Of a stretch of DNA of 37,808 nucleotides, positions 25,272 to 33,761 are shown one piece after another (within the stretch, counting starts at the first letter, position 1; every line of letters begins with the position of its first letter). A model generated the notes under the pieces. The model made no database searches and had not been told where the DNA came from. It saw nothing but the letters and a program-made list of their open reading frames with translations. Both the position numbers and the translations under genes were made by a program. Source of the DNA: Solirubrobacterales bacterium (GTDB lineage: Bacteria > Actinomycetota > Thermoleophilia > Solirubrobacterales > 70-9); the NCBI GenBank assembly GCA_036257695.1, contig DATAFB010000131.1, positions 1 to 37,808 of the forward strand. The letters run 5' to 3'.

Positions 25272-27262
25272 TTCTTGCCTCGGCGGTCCGTCCGTTTCAC
25301 CGATTGTCGCGTCGACGCCCTCCCCTGACGGCGGCCGCCGCGGACCGCCCGCGCCCGCTTCGCGGCCCGCGCGCGGCGGGCGGGACGCGGGCGGCCGGTC
25401 GTCTGCAGGAACTTCAGCGTCTGGACGTAGACGAGGTTCTTGCGCTTGTGGACGATGTCGGCGTCGCGCATCCCCTCGAGGAACTCCTGCGGCCCCTCGA
25501 ACTCGCTCAGTCTTATGCGGACGCTCCCGAGCCCCTGCGCGACGTGGCTGTCGGAGCCGGCGCCGGGGACGATCCGGTACTTGGTCGCGAACCGCTGCGC
25601 CTCCTCGTTAAACGACGACAGGGTGATGCGGGGGTTGAAGACCTCGAGGATGTCGATCTCGTCGACGAACTCGAGCAGGTGCTCGTAGTCGGGCACCGAG
25701 TGCATGCGATCGAACGGGTGCGGGACGTACACCAGCCCTCCCTGGCGCCGAATCTCCGCGATCGTCTCCGCCATCGTCATCCCGCGCGGGATCTCCTGCT
25801 CGAGGAAGAGACCGATCACCTCGCCCTCCTCGGCGGTCTTGATCTCCTCGGCGACGATCACCTCGATCCCGTCCATGCCCGCCGCCAGCTCGCGCGCCTC
25901 GAGCGCCCCCGAGATCACGTTGTGGTCGGTGATCGCGATCGCCCCCAGCCCGCGGTCGCGCGCCGTCTCGAGCAGCACCTCGACGGGGGTCGCCGAGTCG
26001 GGCGAGTGGTCGGTGTGCATGTGGAGGTCGCAGTGGATCGATGGCCGCGACGCGAGCCGGCGCCGGATCGCTGGGTTGCCGCGCGGATCGTGCCTCCGGG
26101 CGCAGATCTCGCGGTAGATCCCCGCGAGCCGCTCCGTCGTCGCCGCCCAGCTCGCGACGGCGTCGCGGCCGCGCCCGGCGAGCTCCGCGCGCAGCTCCGG
26201 GTCGGCGATCAGGCGCTCGACCTGGCCGGCGAGCGTGATCGCGTCGCCGGGCGGGAACAGCAGCCCCAGCTCGCCGTCCTCCGTCAGCTCCTCGTAGATC
26301 GGGAGGTGCGAGACCACTGGGACCGCGCCAGAGGCGAGCGCCTGGCGGACGATCCCCGGCGCCGGGAGCGAGCCTCCGGACGCCGCGCAGACGACGTTTG
26401 CGTCGGCGATCCAACGCTCGGGCGGGCCGTCCGCGGGGCCGACCAGCGATACGCGCTCGCGCAGCCCGCGGCTGAGACGCCGGGCGTACTCCGGCAGCCG
26501 CTCGGCCCACACGGTCGCCTCCCACTCGCGATCCGCCGGAAGGCGGCGCAGCGCGCGCAGGAACAGCCGCAGCGCGCCGCGCTCCTCGCGCAGGCAGAAC
26601 ACGATCCGGGGCGGCGCGTCGCGACTGCGCCGCGAGCCCGGTTCCGGGTCGGCGCCTGGCGGCACGAGCGCGTAGCCGCCTGGGAAGTAGCGGCCGACGA
26701 GCTCCCCGGTCCCCCGGGTGCTGACCGTCCTCGCGTCGAGGCGGCCGAAGAAGATCTCGACCAGCGGCCGCGCGACCTGGGTCGACAGCAACCGCTCGGT
26801 CGGCTCGTGGAAGCTGCCGACGTTGAGCGACCGCGAGTGGCGAAGCGCCGTCGAGGAGGTGCTGGGGACGAACGGGTCGTGGACGTGGACGACGTCGAGC
26901 TCGATCCCCCCGAGAAGCTGGTCCAGCGTGCGGCTGACGTCGAGCGGCACGGGCGCGACCCGCGGACGCGGGCCGCGGGGCATCGGGAGCCCCTGGCCGA
27001 CCGCGAGCACCGCCGCGCCGTCGGAGTCCCGCTCCGGGGCCAGCTCGAAGATCGAGTCCGGTTTTCCGTCGAGCGCGGTGCGGATCGCGCGCCTCGAGTC
27101 GCGGATCGCGGTGCGGGAATCGGACGGAGCCGCGACGAGCACCCGATGGCCGCGTTCGGCGAGCCCGGCGCTTACCTTCCGCACGAACTCGTTGACCTCG
27201 TGGTACGGGCCCCAGGTGTGCGGCGTGACGTGGGCGATCGAAAGGCGCTCGCGGCCGGGCAC
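25268..27262 (-). CDS. Fusion protein: GT4 (GT-B, PimA/MshA-like) glycosyltransferase domain + PHP-family phosphoesterase domain + basic C-terminal tail
   Basis: GTG 27262. Residues ~1-395 are GT4-like (IAHVTPHTWGPY...GHRVLVAAPS, ...ASGAVPVVS...GELGLLFPPGD). Residues ~410-620 are PHP (CDLHMHTDHSPDS, ITDHN, AEE, VPHPFD, GSDSH). The last ~45 aa are Arg/Lys-rich. Confidence 0.8.
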   Translation of the reverse strand: MPGRERLSIAHVTPHTWGPYHEVNEFVRKVSAGLAERGHRVLVAAPSDSRTAIRDSRRAIRTALDGKPDSIFELAPERDSDGAAVLAVGQGLPMPRGPRPRVAPVPLDVSRTLDQLLGGIELDVVHVHDPFVPSTSSTALRHSRSLNVGSFHEPTERLLSTQVARPLVEIFFGRLDARTVSTRGTGELVGRYFPGGYALVPPGADPEPGSRRSRDAPPRIVFCLREERGALRLFLRALRRLPADREWEATVWAERLPEYARRLSRGLRERVSLVGPADGPPERWIADANVVCAASGGSLPAPGIVRQALASGAVPVVSHLPIYEELTEDGELGLLFPPGDAITLAGQVERLIADPELRAELAGRGRDAVASWAATTERLAGIYREICARRHDPRGNPAIRRRLASRPSIHCDLHMHTDHSPDSATPVEVLLETARDRGLGAIAITDHNVISGALEARELAAGMDGIEVIVAEEIKTAEEGEVIGLFLEQEIPRGMTMAETIAEIRRQGGLVYVPHPFDRMHSVPDYEHLLEFVDEIDILEVFNPRITLSSFNEEAQRFATKYRIVPGAGSDSHVAQGLGSVRIRLSEFEGPQEFLEGMRDADIVHKRKNLVYVQTLKFLQTTGRPRPARRARAAKRARAVRGGRRQGRASTRQSVKRTDRRGKK

Positions 27263-27277
27263 CCGCGCAGGATAGAG

Positions 27278-28450
27278 CTACGTCTCGGCCTGCTCCGGCG
27301 CGAGCTCACGCGGCTGCTCGCGGATCGCGGTGCGCGCGTGGTCGCGAATGAACTCGTCGGTCATGTCGCGCGCGACGGGGTCGGGCCGCTGCGTGTGCGG
27401 AGACTTCATCAGGTAGCTGGAGGGCCCGTCGAGCTGGCCGGCGATGCCGTGGTTGAGCGCCAGCTTCACGATCCGCACGGCGTCGATCACGATCCCGGCC
27501 GAGTTCGGCGAGTCCCACACCTCGAGCTTGAGCTCGACCGTCAGCGGCACGTCGCCGAACGACTGCCCCTCGAGCCGGATGTGCGCCCACTTGCGATCTC
27601 CGAGCCACTCGACGTAGTCGGACGGCCCGATGTAGACGTTCGCGTCGGAGATCTCGCCGTCCATGATCGAGGTCACGGCGCGGGTCTTCGAGATCTTCTT
27701 CGACTCGAGCCGCTCGCGCTCGAGCATGTTGTAGAAGTCCATGTTGCCGCCGACGTTGAGCTGGCTCGTGCGCTCGATCCGCACGCCGCGGTCCTCGAAC
27801 AGCCGCGCGAGCTGGCGGTGGACGATCGTCGCGCCGACCTGCGACTTGATGTCGTCGCCGATGATCGGTAGCCGGGCCCGCATGAAGCGCTTGTTCCAGT
27901 AGTCCTCGCGGGCGATGAACACCGGCAGGCAGTTGACGAACCCGACGCCCGCCTTGATCGCCTGCTCGACGTACCACTTCGTCGCCTGCTCGGAGCCGAC
28001 CGGCAGGTAGCAGACCAGCACGTCGGTCTTCGTCTCCTGGAGGATGCCGACGATGTCGTCGGTCTCGCCCGGCGCCTTGGTGATCTTCTGCTTCAGGTAC
28101 TTGCCGAGCCCGTCGTGGGTCATCCCCCGATGCACCGGCACGCCCAGGTTGGGGACGTCGGAGAAGCGGATCGTGTTGTTCTGTCCAGCGAAGATCGCCT
28201 CCGAGAGGTCCTTGCCGACCTTGTCGGCGTCGATGTCGAACGCCGCGGTGAACTCGATCTCGCGGACGTGGTAGCCGCCGAGCTCGACGTGCATCAGCCC
28301 CGGCACCGTCTGGGCCGGATCGGCGTCGCGGTAGTAGTGCACGCCCTGGACGAACGAGCTCGCGCAGTTGCCCACGCCGACGATCGCGACGCGCACCTTG
28401 TCGTCGCGGTCCGGGGCGCCGTTTCCGTGGGCTCCGCCTGTCGTGCTCAT
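27278..28450 (-). CDS. ino1: myo-Inositol-1-phosphate (inositol-3-phosphate) synthase
   Basis: It follows the bacterial/archaeal Ino1 pattern closely: [59 protein letters not shown]. Confidence 0.92.
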   Translation of the reverse strand: MSTTGGAHGNGAPDRDDKVRVAIVGVGNCASSFVQGVHYYRDADPAQTVPGLMHVELGGYHVREIEFTAAFDIDADKVGKDLSEAIFAGQNNTIRFSDVPNLGVPVHRGMTHDGLGKYLKQKITKAPGETDDIVGILQETKTDVLVCYLPVGSEQATKWYVEQAIKAGVGFVNCLPVFIAREDYWNKRFMRARLPIIGDDIKSQVGATIVHRQLARLFEDRGVRIERTSQLNVGGNMDFYNMLERERLESKKISKTRAVTSIMDGEISDANVYIGPSDYVEWLGDRKWAHIRLEGQSFGDVPLTVELKLEVWDSPNSAGIVIDAVRIVKLALNHGIAGQLDGPSSYLMKSPHTQRPDPVARDMTDEFIRDHARTAIREQPRELAPEQAET

Positions 28451-28519
28451 CCGAGGGCTCCTCTCGCGGTTGGCCGTCTTATCACACCCGATCCGAGACC
28501 GGGTTACATAGCACGCCCG

Positions 28520-29182
28520 TCACACCTTCCTCGCCTCGGCGCCCTCCAGACCCGACAGCTCGCGCCGCACGTGCAACACGCGCTGCACGACCGTGATCGC
28601 GGTCAGGGCGCCCATCACGTAGATCGCGGGGGCCAGCAGCTCGACGTCGAAGATGCCGGCGCCCTTGGCGAAGACCAGGCCGATCGACAGGATCACCACC
28701 CGCACGGGCCGGCTCGCAAGCCCGACCTTGCACTCCACGCCCAGCGCCTCCGCCCGCGCGCGGGTGTAGGAGACCATCAGCGAGCTGAGCACGACGAGCA
28801 CGCAGGCCGCGGCCGCGATCTCGTCGCCGCGCTCGGCGAAGTACCACGCGACGGCCGCGAGCACGACACCCTCCTCGGTCCGGTCGAGGGTGGAGTCGAG
28901 GAAGGCGCCGAACAGCGTCCCCTTGCCCGACATCCGCGAGTAGCGGCCGTCGAGGGTGTCCATCACCGAGCCGACGATGAACGCCACGCCGGCGAGGAAG
29001 AAGAGGCGCTGCGTGACGAGCACCGCGGCGGCGAGGTTGAGCGCCAGGCCGGTGATCGAGATCGTGTTCGGCGTCAGCCGCGACTCGATCAGTGCCTCGC
29101 GCGCCATCGCGCGGAGCTCCTGGCCGCTGCGGGCGCGGCGGGGCGGGCGTCCGGTGCGGGTTGGGGGAGTCTCGATCGCCAT
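28520..29182 (-). CDS. CDP-alcohol phosphatidyltransferase (phosphatidylinositol-phosphate synthase-like)
   Basis: 220-aa membrane protein with the family motif D-x2-DG-x2-(A/S)R-x7-8-G-x3-D-x3-D (MDTLDGRYSRMSGKGTLFGAFLDSTLDR). Size and the position next to ino1 fit PgsA1-type PIP synthases. No cytidylyltransferase domain is present. Confidence 0.8.
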   Translation of the reverse strand: MAIETPPTRTGRPPRRARSGQELRAMAREALIESRLTPNTISITGLALNLAAAVLVTQRLFFLAGVAFIVGSVMDTLDGRYSRMSGKGTLFGAFLDSTLDRTEEGVVLAAVAWYFAERGDEIAAAACVLVVLSSLMVSYTRARAEALGVECKVGLASRPVRVVILSIGLVFAKGAGIFDVELLAPAIYVMGALTAITVVQRVLHVRRELSGLEGAEARKV

Positions 29183-29193
29183 CTCGCCGCCCG

Positions 29194-29982
29194 TCAGGCG
29201 GTGACCTCACCGGCCGGCTCGCGCTCCGACCCGGGCCAGGCCCAGTGGTAGGGGCGCAACGGGCTCAGCACCCGAGCGGCGATCAGCGCCGCGATGCTGG
29301 CGACGGCCGCACCGGCGGCGGCGTCGAACCAGTAATGGTTGGCCGTGACCACGATGACGAAGAACACGAGCGCCGGATACACCGACCAGAAGGTGCGCGA
29401 GGCGGCGTACTTGGCGAGCACCATTCCGGGTACCGAGATCATCAGGGCGAAGGCGATGTGCATGCTGGGGACCGCGGCGTACTGGTTGACAAGCAGCCCG
29501 ACCGCGCCCGTGTCCTGGTCGACGTTGGTTGCGATCGCGATCGTGTCCGTGAAGCCGGCCTCCGGGAAGAATCGCGGCGGCGCGGTGGGGAAGGTCGCGT
29601 AGCCGATCAGCGCAATCCCCATCGCGACCACGAACATGTTGCGGACGAAGTAGAAGTTGTCGTTGCGGGCCAGGTACAGCCACGCCAGGAACGCCGTCGT
29701 GATCACGAACTGGGCGTTGATGTACATGAAGTTCGCGGTGTCGATCAGCCACGCGTGGTCGAGCACCGCCTGCTGCAGGTTGGCCTCGAAGAACGTCCCC
29801 AGCGTGCGCTCCAGCTCGATGATCCGCTCCCCGTTCTGGAACGCGATCGCGACCTGGCCGTCGGCGAGCCCGCGGACGACCTGGTAGCCCTGGTAGACGA
29901 TCAGGAAGAGGGCGAACTGCCACAGCAGATCGCCCCACCCTCGCGGGAGGCGACGGCCGATGGATGAGACGACGGAGCGCAC
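29194..29982 (-). CDS. PAP2_C-type membrane protein (inositol-phosphorylceramide synthase/AUR1-like head-group transferase family)
   Basis: GTG 29982. Polytopic protein whose C-terminal half carries the paired motifs VPSMH and NHYWFD. These match the H/H/D catalytic signature of the IPC-synthase/sphingomyelin-synthase branch of PAP2. Confidence 0.7.
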   Translation of the reverse strand: MRSVVSSIGRRLPRGWGDLLWQFALFLIVYQGYQVVRGLADGQVAIAFQNGERIIELERTLGTFFEANLQQAVLDHAWLIDTANFMYINAQFVITTAFLAWLYLARNDNFYFVRNMFVVAMGIALIGYATFPTAPPRFFPEAGFTDTIAIATNVDQDTGAVGLLVNQYAAVPSMHIAFALMISVPGMVLAKYAASRTFWSVYPALVFFVIVVTANHYWFDAAAGAAVASIAALIAARVLSPLRPYHWAWPGSEREPAGEVTA

Positions 29983-29995
29983 GGGATGTTGCGGG

Positions 29996-30001
29996 ATTGT
30001 A
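29996..30001 (-). promoter_or_regulatory. Candidate -10 hexamer TACAAT upstream of the inositol operon
   Basis: Minus strand reads ...CCTCTTTACAATCCCGCAACATCCC-GTG. The A/T-rich hexamer lies 13 nt upstream of the first gene's GTG in otherwise GC-rich DNA. No clear -35 was found. Confidence 0.3.
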
Positions 30002-30036
30002 AAGAGGACCGAACGGCTCTCAGCGCCCGTTTCGTT

Positions 30037-30854
30037 TCAGCGCGCGTCGAGGAACGCGGCGACGCGGTCGACGACGTCGGGGCGCTCTAGCCACGGCCAG
30101 TGGCCGGCGTCTTCGAGCTCGACCAGCTCGGCGTTGGGGAGGACGCGGGCGTAGTCGCGGGCGAACCGTGCCGGGAGATAGGGATCGCCCGTCCCCCAGA
30201 CGACCAGGGCGGGGCAGGTGAGCTCGCTCTGCCGCGAACCGGCAGTCCCCAGGGTGGCCTCGTCGGCGGAGCGGTACAGCTTGAGGATCGCCCGCCGGGT
30301 GCCGCGGTCGTAAGTCTCCCAGATCATGTCGATGAACTCGCTCGGCATCGGCCCGCGGTCGGCGCGAGCCTGGCGCATGCCGAGCGCGAACCCGGCGCGA
30401 GTCGAGGTCGCGTTCACAGCTTCCCCGATCCACCGGCGCCGCCACAGCCGCGCGACCAGTGCCACCGGTAGCCCGGGAGCAGCGGGACCACGTCGATGAT
30501 CACCAGCCGCCGGACCCGCTCCGGGTCTCGCTGCGCCGCGATCAGCGCGACGACGCCCCAGTCGTGGACGACCAGCTTGTGCTCGTCGATCCCGACGGCG
30601 TCGAGGAACCGGTTCACGAACGTGGCGAGGCCGTGCATCGTGCCGTCGAATCGCTCCGGCCCGGGCCGCTCGGATCGCCCCCACCCCGGCAGGTCCAGGG
30701 CGATCGCGGGACCGCCGACCCGGTCCAGGAACGGGATCCAGTCAGCGGAGTGGCTCGGGTTGCCGTGCACGAACAGCGTCGGCACTCCCTCTCCGGGCTT
30801 GCGGCGAAGGAACGTCCGCACGCCGTCGACCTCGACCGTCGCCTTCTCGATCAC
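30037..30854 (-). pseudogene. Alpha/beta hydrolase (haloalkane-dehalogenase/epoxide-hydrolase-like) interrupted by a 1-nt frameshift near 30454-30455
   Basis: The N-terminal half (VIEKATVEVDGVRTF...LFVHGNPSHSADW...VVHDWG...GYRWHW) ends in one frame. The C-terminal half (ARLWRRRWIGEAV...VVWGTGDPYLP...DAGHWPWLERPD) continues in another. Inserting one base after TGG (56-58) restores ...YRWHW-x-ARLW... Confidence 0.75.
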
Positions 30855-30878
30855 GGTGGCGCACCATATCCTCGCCGC

Positions 30879-31604
30879 GTGGCGGTCCGAGCGTGGAAAC
30901 GGCCCTCGAAGCGCCGGGTGCGCGCGATCCGGGACCGGCTGCGCGAGATATACGGCCGGCCGACTCAGGTCCCGCATGGCAATCCGGTCGAGGAGCTCGT
31001 GCGCACGATCCTGTCGCAAAACACCAACGACACCAACCGCGATGTCGCGTACGCCCGGCTGCGGGAGCGCTTCCCCACCTGGGAGGAGGTGCGCGCCGCG
31101 CCGCTGGACGAAGTCGCCGAAGCGATCCGGCCCGGGGGGCTGGCGCCGCAGAAGGCGCCGCGGATCCAGGCCGCGCTCCAGGACATCACCAACCGCGCGA
31201 CGCCCGGACGCGGAGCGGAGGACGTCGCGCGCCCTGATTCCTTGGACCTGTCGTGGCTGAAGGACGCTCCCCGCGAGGACGCGCTGGCCTTCCTCGTCTC
31301 GCTGCCCGGCGTGGGGCGCAAGACGGCGGCGTGCGTGCTGATGTTCTCGTTCGGCCGGCCCGAGATCCCCGTCGACACCCACGTCTACCGGGTCGGCGGC
31401 CGGCTGGGATTGTTCCCCTCCAATGCGTCGTTCGAGCTCGCCCACGACGAGATGCGCGCCATCACCGACCCGGCCGACGCGTACGAGCTGCACATCAACC
31501 TGATCCGGCATGGTCGCGCGGTCTGCCGGCCGCGCCCCCGGTGCGAGGAATGCGCGCTACGACGGATGTGTCCATACTGGCGCGGCCTGGCCCGTCCGCC
31601 TTAG
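30879..31604 (+). CDS. nth: Endonuclease III (HhH-GPD DNA glycosylase with Fe-S cluster)
   Basis: ILSQNTND, HhH LPGVGRKTAACV, catalytic VDTHVYRV, and C-terminal Cys ligands CRPRPRCEECALRRMC. The start is taken as GTG 30879 (uncertain; GTG 30918 is an alternative). Confidence 0.85.
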   Translation: MAVRAWKRPSKRRVRAIRDRLREIYGRPTQVPHGNPVEELVRTILSQNTNDTNRDVAYARLRERFPTWEEVRAAPLDEVAEAIRPGGLAPQKAPRIQAALQDITNRATPGRGAEDVARPDSLDLSWLKDAPREDALAFLVSLPGVGRKTAACVLMFSFGRPEIPVDTHVYRVGGRLGLFPSNASFELAHDEMRAITDPADAYELHINLIRHGRAVCRPRPRCEECALRRMCPYWRGLARPP

Positions 31605-31693
31605 CGGCGTCGGCGGCGGGGCTCAAGCCTGTCCTCAGGCGGCCGATAGCCGATCGCGCCGGGCCCCCACCTGCCCGCAATCCCCGGCATGGC

Positions 31694-32746
31694 ATGCAGC
31701 GGGTACGCTCCGCCCGGACGATGGATCGGATAACCGGACGCCGCACACGAGCGACTCGTGCCGTCCTTCTGACCCTGGGGGTCGTTCTCAGCGCGCTGCT
31801 AACCGTCTCGGCACCGACGGCCGAGGCTGGGGGCAATCCCTGGATCGTGCGTGAACCCCTCAACATCGCCCATCAGGGCGGGGAGGACGAGTTCCCCTCC
31901 AACACGCTGTTTGCGTTCAAGCGCGCGCTCCGAGCCGGGGCGGACATGCTCGAGCTCGACATTGGGGTGACGAAGGACGGAAAGGTCGTGGTGATGCACG
32001 ACACCAGCGTGGACCGGACCACCAACGGCCACGGGTTGATCGCATCGAAGACGCTGAAGCAAATCAAGCGCCTGGACGCCGCGTATTGGTTCTCAAAGCA
32101 AGGTCCGGATCACTACCAGCACGGACTCCCGCGTCACGCATATCGGTTTCGCGGCATCGCCACCGGGAAGAAGCGGCCGCCGAAAGGTTTCAAGGCCGGC
32201 GACTTCAGAGTGCCGACGCTGCGGAAGGTGCTCCGAGCATTTCCGGACACGCCGATCAACATCGAGATCAAGGGCCGCACCGAGGCCGAGGAAACGGATG
32301 AGTACCTGGAGAACGCCGAGGTTCTGGCCGCTCTTCTGAGTAAGTTCAAGCGGCCTGACCTGATTGTCGCTTCCTTTCGGCAGCAAGCCGTGGAGCTGTT
32401 CCACGAGCTTCTGCCTCGAATCGGGCTGTCGCCCGGAATCGACGGGTTTGCCAACTGGTTCCTGACCGGCGGATCACCGGGTGCGGGGGTCGTGGCCTTC
32501 CAGGTCCCGATCACGTTCGAGTTCGGCGGGCAGCTGCTCCAGATCACGACGAAGGACAGCGTGGCCCAGGCACATGTGGACGGGTACGCGTGGCACAACT
32601 GGTTCGGCGGTGCCGACCGTGACGACCCACCCACCTGGGCGACGCTGATCGAATACTGCGTCAACGGCATCATGACCTCACGGCCGAAGAAGCTCGAGAA
32701 GGTGCTGCGCTCGCATCCCGCGCCGGAATCGTGCCCAGACAGTTGA
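31694..32746 (+). CDS. Secreted glycerophosphodiester phosphodiesterase (GDPD family)
   Basis: NIAHQGGEDEFPSNTL, ELDIGVTKDGKVVVMHDTSVDRTTNG and INIEIK. A signal-like N-terminus has an RR motif (GRRTRATRAVLLTLGVVLSALL). ATG 31694 or ATG 31721 could be the start. Confidence 0.85.
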   Translation: MQRVRSARTMDRITGRRTRATRAVLLTLGVVLSALLTVSAPTAEAGGNPWIVREPLNIAHQGGEDEFPSNTLFAFKRALRAGADMLELDIGVTKDGKVVVMHDTSVDRTTNGHGLIASKTLKQIKRLDAAYWFSKQGPDHYQHGLPRHAYRFRGIATGKKRPPKGFKAGDFRVPTLRKVLRAFPDTPINIEIKGRTEAEETDEYLENAEVLAALLSKFKRPDLIVASFRQQAVELFHELLPRIGLSPGIDGFANWFLTGGSPGAGVVAFQVPITFEFGGQLLQITTKDSVAQAHVDGYAWHNWFGGADRDDPPTWATLIEYCVNGIMTSRPKKLEKVLRSHPAPESCPDS

Positions 32747-32792
32747 CGGGGAGGCGGGAGTGAACCCGGGGATCGAGTAGGTTTGCGGAGCG

Positions 32793-33638
32793 ATGAGGCG
32801 GGTGGGAAGTCGGGGTAGCGACGGTGCCGCACCCTCACGATTTACCCGCGCGCGCGGCCTGGTCCTGGTAGTAGCGTCGTTCGCCGCAGGCGCGGCGGTG
32901 ACGACGGCGATCGCCGGGGAAAAGGGGACGTCGTCGAAGTCGCCGATCGTCTCCGTTCGGCCCACGGGGGTTGGACTGCCGGACATTGGGGCAAGCGAGA
33001 ACTTCGGCGTTCCGAAGTTGGCGGAGATGATCAGGGCCTACCACGACTCGGGGCGCTTCGAGGCCGACCTGAAGGAGATCGGTGAGCGGGCCCGGCGGTA
33101 TCTGCGCAAGCAGCTCATGCGATTGAACTACAACCGCAGCAAGGGCACCTACCAGAAGTGCGCGCGGAAGCGGGGCAGGCGCAAGTGCAAGACGATCAGA
33201 CCGGCCCTGGTACTGGACATCGATGACACCGCCCTGTCGCGGTACGCGGATCTGAACGCGGTCGACTTCGACTACAGGGGCGTGGTGATCGCTGTGGCGG
33301 AGGCCGACTCGCCCCCGATCCAGCCGACGCTGGAGCTGTATCGGTTCGCAATCGAGCGCGACGTCAGCGTCTTCTTCATCACAAGCCATCCTCCGGCGAT
33401 TCGCTCGTTGACCGAGGGCAATCTACGCAAAGCGGGATACGCTCAGTGGAGCGAGCTGGTGATGAAACCACCGGAAGCCAATGTCCTCGAGTTCAAGAGC
33501 GGCGCGCGCGAGGAGATCGAAGGTGAGGGCTTCACGATCCTGGCGAACGTCGGGGATCAGGAGAGCGATCTGGACGGAGGACATTCGAAGAAGGCGTTCA
33601 AGCTCCCCAATCCGATGTACTTCATCCCCGCCGACTAG
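32793..33638 (+). CDS. Secreted HAD-superfamily class B/plant-type acid phosphatase
   Basis: Signal peptide, then the DDDD-type motifs LVLDIDDTALS and NVGDQESDL, with a C-terminal PNPMY. Confidence 0.8.
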   Translation: MRRVGSRGSDGAAPSRFTRARGLVLVVASFAAGAAVTTAIAGEKGTSSKSPIVSVRPTGVGLPDIGASENFGVPKLAEMIRAYHDSGRFEADLKEIGERARRYLRKQLMRLNYNRSKGTYQKCARKRGRRKCKTIRPALVLDIDDTALSRYADLNAVDFDYRGVVIAVAEADSPPIQPTLELYRFAIERDVSVFFITSHPPAIRSLTEGNLRKAGYAQWSELVMKPPEANVLEFKSGAREEIEGEGFTILANVGDQESDLDGGHSKKAFKLPNPMYFIPAD

Positions 33639-33761
33639 CAGCGAGTCACGTCGCATGTCCCGTTGTTGCGAGGGCCCCCACCGGCCGGGCGGGATGGCCG
33701 CCGTGCTGGTCGCGGTCGGACCACGGTGGAGTAGTGAGCAGACTGCAGCTCAAGAAGTAAC

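Noticed and set aside
25235-27871. 878-aa plus-strand ORF spanning the GT4::PHP and ino1 loci
   Set aside because: It has no domain signatures and an Arg/Pro/Asp-rich composition. The opposite strand encodes proteins with unambiguous PHP and Ino1 motifs.
28520-29182. CDP-alcohol phosphatidyltransferase as a di-myo-inositol-phosphate (IPCT/DIPPS) synthase for compatible-solute synthesis
   Set aside because: The protein is only the ~220-aa membrane domain with no fused or adjacent cytidylyltransferase domain. Its size and its GT4 and PAP2_C neighbours fit lipid (PIP) synthesis better. This cannot be fully excluded without an assay.
30440-30470. Programmed ribosomal frameshift in the alpha/beta hydrolase
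   Set aside because: There is no slippery heptamer or downstream stimulatory structure at the junction. A simple 1-nt deletion or sequencing error explains it.
32755-32765. Streptomyces-type PHO box unit (GTTCACTCCCG on the minus strand) upstream of the acid phosphatase gene
   Set aside because: It is a single 11-nt unit, in reverse orientation, with one mismatch to the consensus. Functional PHO boxes need at least two phased direct repeats.
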